Shown here: one piece after another, positions 37,422 to 46,109 of the stretch | Numbering within the stretch: position 1 is the stretch's first letter | Layout of the letters: each line of letters begins with the position of its first letter | Source: a virus | Lineage: Duplodnaviria; Caudoviricetes | Strand: one strand, 5' to 3' | IMG/VR virus record: IMGVR_UViG_3300028907_000004 | Location: 14,464 to 78,463 of that record | DNA: 64,000 bases | Program-made: the position numbers and the translations under genes | The notes under the pieces: model-generated | What the model was told of the DNA's origin: nothing | The model's input: only the letters and a program-made list of their open reading frames with translations | Database searches by the model: none

Positions 37422-37560
37422 TTCACATAATTCCATCCAGACACGGGGTGGAGATCACGGAAAGGGAAGACCCCACCCAAACGGGGTACTGTCTAACCGT
37501 CCTGACCGAGACAGCGCAAAGCGAGTTGTGGTGCGTAGGAGGGACTTTCTAGGGAGGAGC

Positions 37561-37998
37561 ATGAACGACGAACCTACAGAATGGCGTACCTGGGGAATAT
37601 ACGCTATGTCTAAAGAAGGCTACATGACCATAGCTTCCGAAATCCCAGGAGGGAAGCCCGCCGGAACGTATCTCATCCCACGAATAGTAGGAAGCGTAAC
37701 ACCCAGATACCGCCTGACCAAGAAAGGAGTCTTGATCACCTACAAGATTTCTGACCTTTTGAAAAAGATCTGGGGAGTCAAGCGAACCCTCACCAATGAA
37801 AACGCAGCGGAAATGAGAAAAAACGCCTACGCCTGGAATGAGCGTAGACGGGCCTTGCGAGAAGAACAGGAAACTATACGCCGCCCAAGACTGGCGCGTT
37901 CCCGCACAGAAATAGACCCCCAGGACGACTACGGGAACGAAGACCCCTTTATGGACCCGTCCCACCCTCAAAACGACCCCTTTTCAAACTGGAGGTAG
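37561..37998 (+). CDS. hypothetical protein
   Basis: GGAGGAG RBS, 145 aa. Confidence 0.65.
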   Translation: MNDEPTEWRTWGIYAMSKEGYMTIASEIPGGKPAGTYLIPRIVGSVTPRYRLTKKGVLITYKISDLLKKIWGVKRTLTNENAAEMRKNAYAWNERRRALREEQETIRRPRLARSRTEIDPQDDYGNEDPFMDPSHPQNDPFSNWR

Positions 37999-38000
37999 TC

Positions 38001-38354
38001 GTGGCCAGACGAAAACCGCCGAAGACGAAGGAAATCACGCTCAAAGAGCTTCTGTATAAAATACGGAAGACCTATGACGACGCCATAGACGAACTACGCA
38101 AGGAACAGGAACAGAAATTGCGGGAAGCCATTACCAAATTCTGCCCACTTCCCAAAGAAAAAGAGTTTCTTGTGGCGGATTACTCCTTCAAAGGGAAAAC
38201 TTTCCAATACAAAGACTTTCGGCATCAATGGGGCGATGTTATTCTGTTCGGCGGGACGCTTCGTAATAATGGCGAAGTATCAGAAAAACAGTATTGCGAG
38301 TCCAGAATCAACACCGAGCATATAAAAATCACAGTACCCGCAGAGGAAGAGTAA
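38001..38354 (+). CDS. hypothetical protein
   Basis: GGAGG RBS with GTG start. Confidence 0.65.
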   Translation: MARRKPPKTKEITLKELLYKIRKTYDDAIDELRKEQEQKLREAITKFCPLPKEKEFLVADYSFKGKTFQYKDFRHQWGDVILFGGTLRNNGEVSEKQYCESRINTEHIKITVPAEEE

Positions 38355-40966
38355 TGGCCGGATTCTTTCAGAAGGATGACGTATCACACGGAGCTAGGGT
38401 CAAGCCCAAGCAAAAAGTCGAAGCGTTTGGAACTTGCGAGACTTGCGGGCTGTATGAATATGGAAATTCCGTCAAACCCTTTGGAGAGAACAGAAAGCGC
38501 ATAATGATTGTGACCGAAACCCCTTCAGAAGGGGAGGCCCGAAAAGGCAAGATGTGGTCTGGGGAGCAAGGGCAGCTTCTCCGATCCATTTTGCGCGAGA
38601 ACGGAATTGACCTGAATCGGGATTGCGTGTCCATCTACGCAGTACGATGTAACATTCCAGAAGACCGCAACCCCCAACCCAACGAAGTTATCGGGTGTCG
38701 GGATAAACTGTTCAAAGCCATCGAGAAATACGAGCCTAGACTGGTCGTATCATTGGGCTATTTTGCTTTGTTTGCTCTTATAGGGCATCGGATGGGCGAC
38801 GGGCTGGGCGGCACGCTTGATCGCTGGAGAGGGGCCAAAATTCCGTATCACGAAATCGGAGCGTGGCTGTGTCCTACATTCCATCCTATCTACGTGATGG
38901 CAAACGAGAAAAACCCCAACGTCGAACTCTACTGGGAACGGGACATCAAGAATGCTATATGCCAGCTGGACAAAGAACTTCCAAATCCCATTAACGAAGA
39001 TTCGGTTGACGTTTTGGTGGAGCCGAAAGACATCAAAGATCGGCTTGGTTATCTCCTTTCCCGTCCAGACGAAATCAGAGCCGCAGTAGACTGGGAAACA
39101 ACGGGCCTGAAGCCCCATGCCAAGGGGCACCGCATCTTTACCGCCGGATTTTCTACGGGGCTTGATAACACATTTGCCTTTAAGATGGAACCGCAGTACC
39201 GGGAACCGCTCATACAAATCGCCAAAAGCCGAACCGTGGCGAAAATAGCGGCCAACATGAAATTCGAAGATACGTGGGCCCGGCAATGCCTGGGGACACA
39301 TATCAACAATTGGTATTGGGACACTATGGTTGCGCAGCATGTTATCGACAACCGCCGTTACATTACCGGCCTCAAATTCCAATCCGCTGTCCGTTATGGC
39401 GTATGGGATTATGATTCTGAAATCTCTCCTTACTTGAGGGCCGAAGACGAAAGCAACGCAAACGCCTTCAACCGCATATATCAGGCCCCCTTACCGAAAC
39501 TGCTAAAGTACAACGGTATGGACTGCCTACTTGAGTTCCTTCTCCATGAAGATCAGATTTCCGAAGTAAACGAACAAGGCACTATGGACGGCTACATGCT
39601 ATTACATGCCGGAATACTTGCGCTGTCCGATATGGAATGGCGCGGCCTTCCGGTAGAAGATACGCACGTGGTCCAAGAGATCAGACGCCTTGAACAGGAA
39701 GTCGCAGAAATCGAACAAAGCATATGGGCGTCCAAAGAAGGGAAGAAATGGAAAAAGAAGTATGGAACGGACGCCAATTGGAATAGTAATCAGCAGTTTG
39801 TAGAAGTGCTTTCTGAATGCGGCGTAGAGTTTGAAAAGAAGACCGCCAGTGGGCAGTTCGCCGCCGACAAGGGCGTTCTGGAGATGTTGGACCATCCCAT
39901 TGCGAAGCAAATCCTACGTGCCAGAAAGCTGACGAAGAACGGGGGAACATTCCTGGCCAATATCCGGAAAGAGGCCGTAAGTGGCTCTCTCCATCCAATA
40001 CACAACCTTCACAAGGTTATCACATTTCGGTCTTCCTGCGAATCCCCGAACACGCAGAACATGCCTAAACGTGACGAAGAGTCCATGAAGATCGTCCGGG
40101 CGTCCTTTCGCGCCCCGAAGGGTAAGTGTATTGCTGAAATCGACTATTCCGGTGTTGAGGTCCGGGTGGGGTGTTGCTACCACCGGGACAAAAATATGGA
40201 GCGGTACATTCTCGACACTTCTACCGACATGCATAGGGACGAAGCCTGTTCCATATTTTGTTTTGATCCCTATTACATCAACACTGAAGTAATTCAGGGA
40301 AGCGACGACTTGGCCCAGAAATACTTCAAGGCGATTCGAAACAGCGCAAAAAACGGATGGGTCTTTGCCCAGTTCTATGGTGACTGGTACAAGGCTTGTG
40401 CGAAGAACATCTGGAATCAGATCACTCACTGGAACCTCAAGGCCCCGGACGGACGGCCCTTGTTTGACCATCTCCGAAAACAGGGAATCAAAAACCTCAA
40501 GGATTTCGAATCCCATCTCAAGGACTGTGAGCGGAAACTCTGGGAAGAACGCTTTGGTGGGTACGGTAAGTGGAAGGAGAAGACCTGGAAGAAGTATATG
40601 AAACAGGGCTACCTGGACACCTATACGGGTATGCGGTTGTCGGCCCTTTCCTCCAGAAATGAAATCCTCAATGCCCCGATCCAGGGAAGCGCGTTCCACT
40701 GCCTGTTATGGTCCGTTATTGAAATGAACAAGAAGCTCAAGAAGGAAAAGTGGGAAACCGTGCCAGTAGCCCAGATTCATGACTCTTGTATTTTCATAAC
40801 CACTCCTGACGAGATAGATGAATTGTATAAAGTAGCACACGAGATAATGTGCGTAAAGATTGTAAAACACTGGCCCTGGCTAGTCATTCCACTTGAAATA
40901 GATATGGACATTACAGAACCGGGAGGGGCCTGGAGTGAGCAAGAGTCCTATAAGCCCACAAAATAG
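38354..40966 (+). CDS. polA: family A DNA polymerase with N-terminal UDG-like and 3'-5' exonuclease domains
   Basis: CETCGL..TFHP (UDG family 4-like); DWETTGL (ExoI); IDYSGVEVR, R-x3-K-x7-YG, QIHDS (motifs A, B, C). Confidence 0.93.
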   Translation: MAGFFQKDDVSHGARVKPKQKVEAFGTCETCGLYEYGNSVKPFGENRKRIMIVTETPSEGEARKGKMWSGEQGQLLRSILRENGIDLNRDCVSIYAVRCNIPEDRNPQPNEVIGCRDKLFKAIEKYEPRLVVSLGYFALFALIGHRMGDGLGGTLDRWRGAKIPYHEIGAWLCPTFHPIYVMANEKNPNVELYWERDIKNAICQLDKELPNPINEDSVDVLVEPKDIKDRLGYLLSRPDEIRAAVDWETTGLKPHAKGHRIFTAGFSTGLDNTFAFKMEPQYREPLIQIAKSRTVAKIAANMKFEDTWARQCLGTHINNWYWDTMVAQHVIDNRRYITGLKFQSAVRYGVWDYDSEISPYLRAEDESNANAFNRIYQAPLPKLLKYNGMDCLLEFLLHEDQISEVNEQGTMDGYMLLHAGILALSDMEWRGLPVEDTHVVQEIRRLEQEVAEIEQSIWASKEGKKWKKKYGTDANWNSNQQFVEVLSECGVEFEKKTASGQFAADKGVLEMLDHPIAKQILRARKLTKNGGTFLANIRKEAVSGSLHPIHNLHKVITFRSSCESPNTQNMPKRDEESMKIVRASFRAPKGKCIAEIDYSGVEVRVGCCYHRDKNMERYILDTSTDMHRDEACSIFCFDPYYINTEVIQGSDDLAQKYFKAIRNSAKNGWVFAQFYGDWYKACAKNIWNQITHWNLKAPDGRPLFDHLRKQGIKNLKDFESHLKDCERKLWEERFGGYGKWKEKTWKKYMKQGYLDTYTGMRLSALSSRNEILNAPIQGSAFHCLLWSVIEMNKKLKKEKWETVPVAQIHDSCIFITTPDEIDELYKVAHEIMCVKIVKHWPWLVIPLEIDMDITEPGGAWSEQESYKPTK

Positions 40967-41741
40967 CAAACGAATTCGTTTGGTGCTTACAAAACGTACA
41001 GATTTGCGCCTTTTGATACGAATGGAAGATCACTATTCAAAACCACAAGGTTTTGTAGGAAGAAATTTATGTTATGCTGTGTATTGCGATAACGCCTATT
41101 ATGGACACATAGTGGCCGGGTCCGCTACCAAGCACTTGTCTGGAAGGCATGAATTTCTAGGAACCACACAAGAACAGCTTAACAATATAGTGAACAACAT
41201 CTTTTTTAATGTGTCCCCAGTCGAAGGAAAGTATCCATTTAGAAATTTTACATCTGCTGTTGTAAAAGAATTTGTAAAAAAAGTAAAAGTGGATTGGCCT
41301 AGATTTTATCAAGATTCTGTGCTAGGGTTTGAAACGCTTGTAGAACTCCCAAGAAAAGGAACACTATACCTACGCGCTGGTTGGTCTGTTGTCGGTCAAA
41401 CAAAAGGCTACACGTGCAAAAGAACTGCCGGCACAGGAACGGACTCTTGGAGTGGAAAGCGGGTTTGGAATACCGATCCGGAACAATTACGCCCTAAATT
41501 GATATTGTGTTTTCGAGTAAAACCAAAAAGGAGAAACCATCATGCCCCTTCACTTGGACCATCGTCCCAAAACCCTCAAGAAGGTTGTAGGCCAGGGCGC
41601 GACGGTAGCTGCCCTCAAGGCGGTACTGGAACGCGACGACATCCCGCACGCCTTCCTCTTCCACGGCCCGTCCGGGTGCGGAAAGACCACCCTGGCCAGA
41701 ATCGTAGCCAAAAAGCTGGGATGTTCGGAAATGGATATTAA
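40935..41741 (+). CDS. DUF4338 (DruA)/Mom-like protein
   Basis: HYSKPQGFVGRNLCY; GFETLV..RKGTLYLRAGWSVVGQTKG; AT-rich; last 200 nt overlap next gene. Confidence 0.6.
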   Translation: MSKSPISPQNSKRIRLVLTKRTDLRLLIRMEDHYSKPQGFVGRNLCYAVYCDNAYYGHIVAGSATKHLSGRHEFLGTTQEQLNNIVNNIFFNVSPVEGKYPFRNFTSAVVKEFVKKVKVDWPRFYQDSVLGFETLVELPRKGTLYLRAGWSVVGQTKGYTCKRTAGTGTDSWSGKRVWNTDPEQLRPKLILCFRVKPKRRNHHAPSLGPSSQNPQEGCRPGRDGSCPQGGTGTRRHPARLPLPRPVRVRKDHPGQNRSQKAGMFGNGY

Positions 41742-43605
41742 GGAGTTGAACGTGGCGGATGTGCGCGGTATCGACTCTGTGCGCGAAATTACCCGTTCCA
41801 TGATGCTTCGGCCCATGGGGGGAAATGCGCGTGTGTGGATTCTTGACGAATGCTTTCCTGCCAACACCCCAATAACTACGCCGACTGGAGAAAAGCCCAT
41901 ACAGGAATTAGTGGAAGGGGATTCTGTATGCTCTCTGTTTGGAAAAAACGACGTTGTGGAAAAAACATTTAGAAAAGAAATTCCTCTCAGCAGGGTTGTT
42001 CGGATTGACTTTTCCAACGGGAAGGTTCTTTTTTGTTCGGACCACCACCAGTTCTTTACCCCGGACGGTTGGAAGTTCGCAAAAGACTTGATTTCTGGGG
42101 ACTTTACTTTTAGCATCCTTCGTAATACTATGGGAGAAAACGGAGGACTTTATGAAGAGGTACAAGAGAACTATTTGTGTGGTGTGCCGAACGAAGCTCA
42201 AGCCCCACCAGAAAGTTTGCTGTTCGATAGCGTGTCGAAGTCGTTTGCGGGTAACGAAAAAGACCAGACTGTGCGAATACTGCCAAGTGAAAAAGATACC
42301 ATATTACCCGAATCGTCAGGAGAAGTACAACCGGAAATACTGCTCTCTTCAATGTCTGGCAGCAGCGAAAATGGAGAATCCGGAGTTTCGGAAAAAGCTC
42401 CACAATCCGGAAGTGTCGCAGAAGATAGCCTTGGCGCAGAAGGCTTTTTATTCGACAGAAGCGGGGAAAGCGGAAGCGCAGAAAATATCTATTCGCATGC
42501 GAACGAACAACCCTATGGAGAGTGCGGATGTTGTAGAAAAAATGCGAGTGACGAAAGAGCGGAACGGAACGTTGCGCCTACCGCCGAAGATTCGTGGTGG
42601 GAACGGTCAATTAACGCTTCCCCAGAAAACACTTCATGGGCTTCTGGGTCCGGATTGGAAAGCGGAGTTTGTGGTGAATACGGGAGTAAAGAGAATGTGG
42701 AGCCGTCCCATTTACCCCAATCATTACAAACTGGACTTGGCGCTTCCGGGACTGCTTCTTTGCGTAGAGGTAGACGGAGCGAATCACAGAACGAAGCTGA
42801 TTTCCTCTCAAGATCAGAAAAAGACGGAATTTCTGAAAGGGTTAGGGTGGACCGTATTACGTGTTACGAACGAGGAGGTAATGACGAACTCTTCCTTGGT
42901 GTTGTCGAAGATACAGAAAGAAGTAACGGCTTTGTTACGATGTACGACGTAACAGTAACGGGCCACCCTAGCTACTTTGCAAATGGTTTCGCGGTACACA
43001 ATTGTCACGCCATGAGCAAGGACGCGCAGAACGCGCTTCTCAAGCCGCTGGAAGATTGCCCCGACCACGTGTATTTCATGTTGTGTACTACCGATCCCCA
43101 GAAGCTCATTGCTACCATCCGGAATCGGTGTTCGCAGTTCGCCCTTACTCTTGTTTCCGACGAAGACTTGGCCGACTTGTTGAACGCCGTAGCCGCAAAA
43201 GAAGGCGTGGAAATTCCCGAATCGGTCATCAACAGTATCGTGTCCGCTTCCGGGGGATCGCCGCGTGCCGCCCTGGTCCACCTGGATAAGGTCAAGGACT
43301 TGCCCGAAGATGAGATGGAAAAGGCCGTTTCCCGAATCGACACCAACGCTTCTGCCGCCATTGACCTTTGCCGGGCCTTGTTGAAAGATAAGCCCAATTG
43401 GTCCGAAATCGCCAAGGTACTGTCGAACCTTTCCGGGGGAGAACCGGAGCAGATCAGGATGGCTGTATTGGGCTACTGTAACGCCATCCTGCTGAAGGGG
43501 AAGTTCAACGGAAGGGCGTGCTTGGTTATGGAGTGTTTCAAAGACCCCTTTTACAATGACGGCAAGTTCCGTCTTACTCTTGCTTGCGCCGCTTCAGTGG
43601 CGTAG
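41542..43605 (+). CDS. clamp-loader AAA+ subunit (DnaX/RFC-like) containing an intein
   Basis: HRPKTL..VVGQ, GPSGCGKTT, spliced Walker B WILDE-CHAMS, QNALLKPLE, TIRNRC. Confidence 0.92.
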   Translation: MPLHLDHRPKTLKKVVGQGATVAALKAVLERDDIPHAFLFHGPSGCGKTTLARIVAKKLGCSEMDIKELNVADVRGIDSVREITRSMMLRPMGGNARVWILDECFPANTPITTPTGEKPIQELVEGDSVCSLFGKNDVVEKTFRKEIPLSRVVRIDFSNGKVLFCSDHHQFFTPDGWKFAKDLISGDFTFSILRNTMGENGGLYEEVQENYLCGVPNEAQAPPESLLFDSVSKSFAGNEKDQTVRILPSEKDTILPESSGEVQPEILLSSMSGSSENGESGVSEKAPQSGSVAEDSLGAEGFLFDRSGESGSAENIYSHANEQPYGECGCCRKNASDERAERNVAPTAEDSWWERSINASPENTSWASGSGLESGVCGEYGSKENVEPSHLPQSLQTGLGASGTASLRRGRRSESQNEADFLSRSEKDGISERVRVDRITCYERGGNDELFLGVVEDTERSNGFVTMYDVTVTGHPSYFANGFAVHNCHAMSKDAQNALLKPLEDCPDHVYFMLCTTDPQKLIATIRNRCSQFALTLVSDEDLADLLNAVAAKEGVEIPESVINSIVSASGGSPRAALVHLDKVKDLPEDEMEKAVSRIDTNASAAIDLCRALLKDKPNWSEIAKVLSNLSGGEPEQIRMAVLGYCNAILLKGKFNGRACLVMECFKDPFYNDGKFRLTLACAASVA
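41851..43002 (+). mobile_element. intein (384 aa) in clamp-loader Walker B
   Basis: starts CFPANTPITTPTGEKPI, block B CSDHHQF, ends MYDVTV...YFANGFAVHN followed by +1 Cys. Confidence 0.92.
42152..42952 (+). CDS. DUF559/Vsr-like (EDxHD) homing endonuclease nested in the +1 frame of the intein
   Basis: own GGAGG RBS at 42142; CxxC/CS-xC repeats; YKLDLA..LCVEVDGANH..QDQKKTEFLKGLGWTVLRVTN. Confidence 0.88.
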   Translation: MKRYKRTICVVCRTKLKPHQKVCCSIACRSRLRVTKKTRLCEYCQVKKIPYYPNRQEKYNRKYCSLQCLAAAKMENPEFRKKLHNPEVSQKIALAQKAFYSTEAGKAEAQKISIRMRTNNPMESADVVEKMRVTKERNGTLRLPPKIRGGNGQLTLPQKTLHGLLGPDWKAEFVVNTGVKRMWSRPIYPNHYKLDLALPGLLLCVEVDGANHRTKLISSQDQKKTEFLKGLGWTVLRVTNEEVMTNSSLVLSKIQKEVTALLRCTT

Positions 43606-43613
43606 GAGGCCAT

Positions 43614-44198
43614 ATGAGCATTCGAGATCGTGACTTGGACTATTACGCGGATTTAGAGTTCAACCCGGAGAATTTGGGCGAGGAGTGGCAAAAACAGCCA
43701 ATCCTTTATTCCCGATACGCCGACCTGGCCGCTGAAGCTGAACTGGCATACAACAAGGCCGTCGAATACAAGAAGACGGTACGCAGTCAGATTTGGCTGG
43801 ACGTAGCAAAGGCGGGGGAAGGACTTCTGGGCGATGGCGTAAAGCCCACGGAAAAGAACGTGGAAGCCTACATGCGCCAGGCCCCGAAATACATCAAGGC
43901 AAAGGAAGCGGAACTGGAAGCGAAGCGCGTTATGGATGTTCTGAAAAACGCCGTGTTCGCTTTCCATCAGCGGAAGGTTGCGTTGGAGTCTACTGTTCAG
44001 CTGGTAGTTTCCAAGATTTATGCCTCTCCGTCCGAGCCGAAAGAACTGCGCCAGCTTGCCGAGTCGATTTTGCAGGCTTCGTCTGTAAATAAGATTCGGA
44101 AGGCTATGTCTGCGTCTTCTGCGGATGATGATAACGATGACGCGGAAGATGAAAAACCTGTTGTGAGAAAACGTCTTGGATCCAAACGTACAAAGTAA
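43614..44198 (+). CDS. UvsY-like recombination mediator (probable)
   Basis: DLEFNPENLGEEWQKQPILYSRY pattern, coiled coil, precedes SSB and RecA. Confidence 0.55.
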   Translation: MSIRDRDLDYYADLEFNPENLGEEWQKQPILYSRYADLAAEAELAYNKAVEYKKTVRSQIWLDVAKAGEGLLGDGVKPTEKNVEAYMRQAPKYIKAKEAELEAKRVMDVLKNAVFAFHQRKVALESTVQLVVSKIYASPSEPKELRQLAESILQASSVNKIRKAMSASSADDDNDDAEDEKPVVRKRLGSKRTK

Positions 44199-44210
44199 AA
44201 GGAGTACAGC

Positions 44211-45512
44211 ATGTCCAGTATGAGAGATCGGTTCAAAAAGCGCGCAAAGGAAGGGGCCCAGAAGGGGTTCTCTGTTCAGCTTCCCGAAGACGTCAAGCGG
44301 TTTGCCCCTAAAAAGGGAACGTACAAGCTGGACGTAATTCCCTACACAGTTTCCGCCAAGAAGCACCCGGACGGCGTAGCCGCTGGCGAGCTTTGGTGCC
44401 GCCGCCCCTTCCTGATTCACTACGGAATCGGTGTGGACAACAAGCCCCAGGTGTGCCCCCGCACTATCGGCAAGCCCTGCCCCATCTGCGAATACTACGA
44501 GCGCGAAAGGAAACGCCCTGGTGCGGATGAAGACGCACTGAAGGAAATCCGCGCCAAGGCCAGGGAACTGTACAACGTCATCGACTTGGACAACGAGGAT
44601 GACGGCATTCAGGTTCTCGAAATGTCCTACCATCTGTTTGGTAAGCTGCTGGAAAACGAGATCAACGAAGCCGACGATGACGAGGTTGCCGGCTTCGCGG
44701 AACTGAAGGGCGGCAAGACCCTCAAGGTGCGCTTTTCCGAATCTTCGATGGGTACCAACAAGTTCCTGGAAGCCACCCGAATCGACTTCCTGGACCGCGA
44801 CGACTACAAGAAGTCGATTCTTGATGACGTTGTGGACCTCGACACCGTCTTCAACATCCTGCCCTACGAGGAACTGGAAGCCGTCTTCCTTGAGGATGAA
44901 GGGGCCGGCATGGCCGCAGATGACGATGACGACGAAAAGCCCAAGTCGAAGTCCAAGAAAAAGTCCTATAAGGACGACGATGACGACGATGATGAGGCCC
45001 CCAAGACCAAGAAGCGGTCCAAGTCTGATGACGACGATGACGACGATGAAAAGCCCAAGTCCCGTCGCTCTTCCAAGAAGGAAGAACCGGAAGATGACGA
45101 GGACGAGGACGAGGCCCCCAAGTCCCGCCGTTCCGCAAAGAAGGCCGCGCCGGAAGACGACGATGACGACGAAAAGCCCAAGTCCAGACGTTCTGCCAAA
45201 AAGGCCCAGCCTGACGCCGATGACGCCGATGACGACGCCGATGAAAAGCCCAAGCGCAAAGCGTCTTCCAAGAAGGCCGATGACGATGACGATGACGACG
45301 AGCCCAAGGCAAAGTCCAAGGCCAAGAAAAAGCCTGAACCCGACGATGACGATGACGACGAGCCCAAGGCCAAGAAGGGCAAGGGCGGGAAGTCTGCCGG
45401 CGGTGAATGTCCGTTGAGCAACGGCACCTTCGGAAAGGACTTCAACAAGTTCGATGAGTGCGACGACTGTGAAGTCTGGTCCGAGTGCGGCAAGGCCAAA
45501 AAAGCTAAATAA
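44211..45512 (+). CDS. single-stranded DNA-binding protein with repeated acidic/basic tail
   Basis: VCPRTIGKPCPICE, ARELYNVID, IQVLEMSYHLFG; tail of DDDDDEKPK-type repeats. Confidence 0.75.
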   Translation: MSSMRDRFKKRAKEGAQKGFSVQLPEDVKRFAPKKGTYKLDVIPYTVSAKKHPDGVAAGELWCRRPFLIHYGIGVDNKPQVCPRTIGKPCPICEYYERERKRPGADEDALKEIRAKARELYNVIDLDNEDDGIQVLEMSYHLFGKLLENEINEADDDEVAGFAELKGGKTLKVRFSESSMGTNKFLEATRIDFLDRDDYKKSILDDVVDLDTVFNILPYEELEAVFLEDEGAGMAADDDDDEKPKSKSKKKSYKDDDDDDDEAPKTKKRSKSDDDDDDDEKPKSRRSSKKEEPEDDEDEDEAPKSRRSAKKAAPEDDDDDEKPKSRRSAKKAQPDADDADDDADEKPKRKASSKKADDDDDDDEPKAKSKAKKKPEPDDDDDDEPKAKKGKGGKSAGGECPLSNGTFGKDFNKFDECDDCEVWSECGKAKKAK

Positions 45513-45527
45513 GCAAATAAGGACTCC

Positions 45528-46109
45528 ATGATGAGAACTATCATACCGCCGAAATTGATGGGCAGGGTTGCTCCGGACATTCCCCGTGAATATCGCTACG
45601 CGCCCCGGCCCCTGTCCACAACAGAAGCAAGTTTGGTAGCCTATCAACATGGAGTCCGTTTTCTTCCCAAGTCCATCGAAAGGCTCTGCCGTCGTTTGGT
45701 TCATACCGGCCTAGCCTACAAAGTAAGAAACAGATGGGTCATAGACTTCTACCTCTTCTTGGAGTACATCAATGGCAAGGACATCTCTCTTTCCCCGGAA
45801 AGGCTCCACAACCACAAATTCGTCTGCCCGTACTGCGGGAAAACTGAAGAGTATCGCGGCGAACATAAAGAATGGCGCGGATATGAGGCAGAAAGAAAAC
45901 ACCTCGAAAAGAAATCCAAAAAACGACGTAAGCCCAAAAAACTTCGTAAGTACTGGGAGCACACTCCTGAACCTGGTCCTGACGGATCGCAAGGAGGCCG
46001 GTTTCAGAAAAGGAAGGATAGTGAATCTAGTGGGGGACAGCAGTGCGGGAAAGTCGTTTCTCGCACTAACCGTCCTCGCAGAGGCCGCCCACTCTCCAGA
46101 GTTCGATGA
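45528..46109 (+). CDS. HTH-like/CxxC hypothetical protein
   Basis: AAGGA RBS; LSTTEAS..IERLCRR; CPYC; 3' part overlaps recA. Confidence 0.5.
   Translation: MMRTIIPPKLMGRVAPDIPREYRYAPRPLSTTEASLVAYQHGVRFLPKSIERLCRRLVHTGLAYKVRNRWVIDFYLFLEYINGKDISLSPERLHNHKFVCPYCGKTEEYRGEHKEWRGYEAERKHLEKKSKKRRKPKKLRKYWEHTPEPGPDGSQGGRFQKRKDSESSGGQQCGKVVSRTNRPRRGRPLSRVR

Noticed and set aside
37495-37530. Hammerhead ribozyme (CTGACCGA)
   Set aside because: Core is 8 nt rather than CUGANGA, and no correctly placed GAAA or three-stem junction was found
43653-45704. 683-aa antisense ORF (also 111-1280, 34411-35172, 31969-33228, 39914-40699)
   Set aside because: Shadow frames of strongly GC3-biased sense genes, with no motifs
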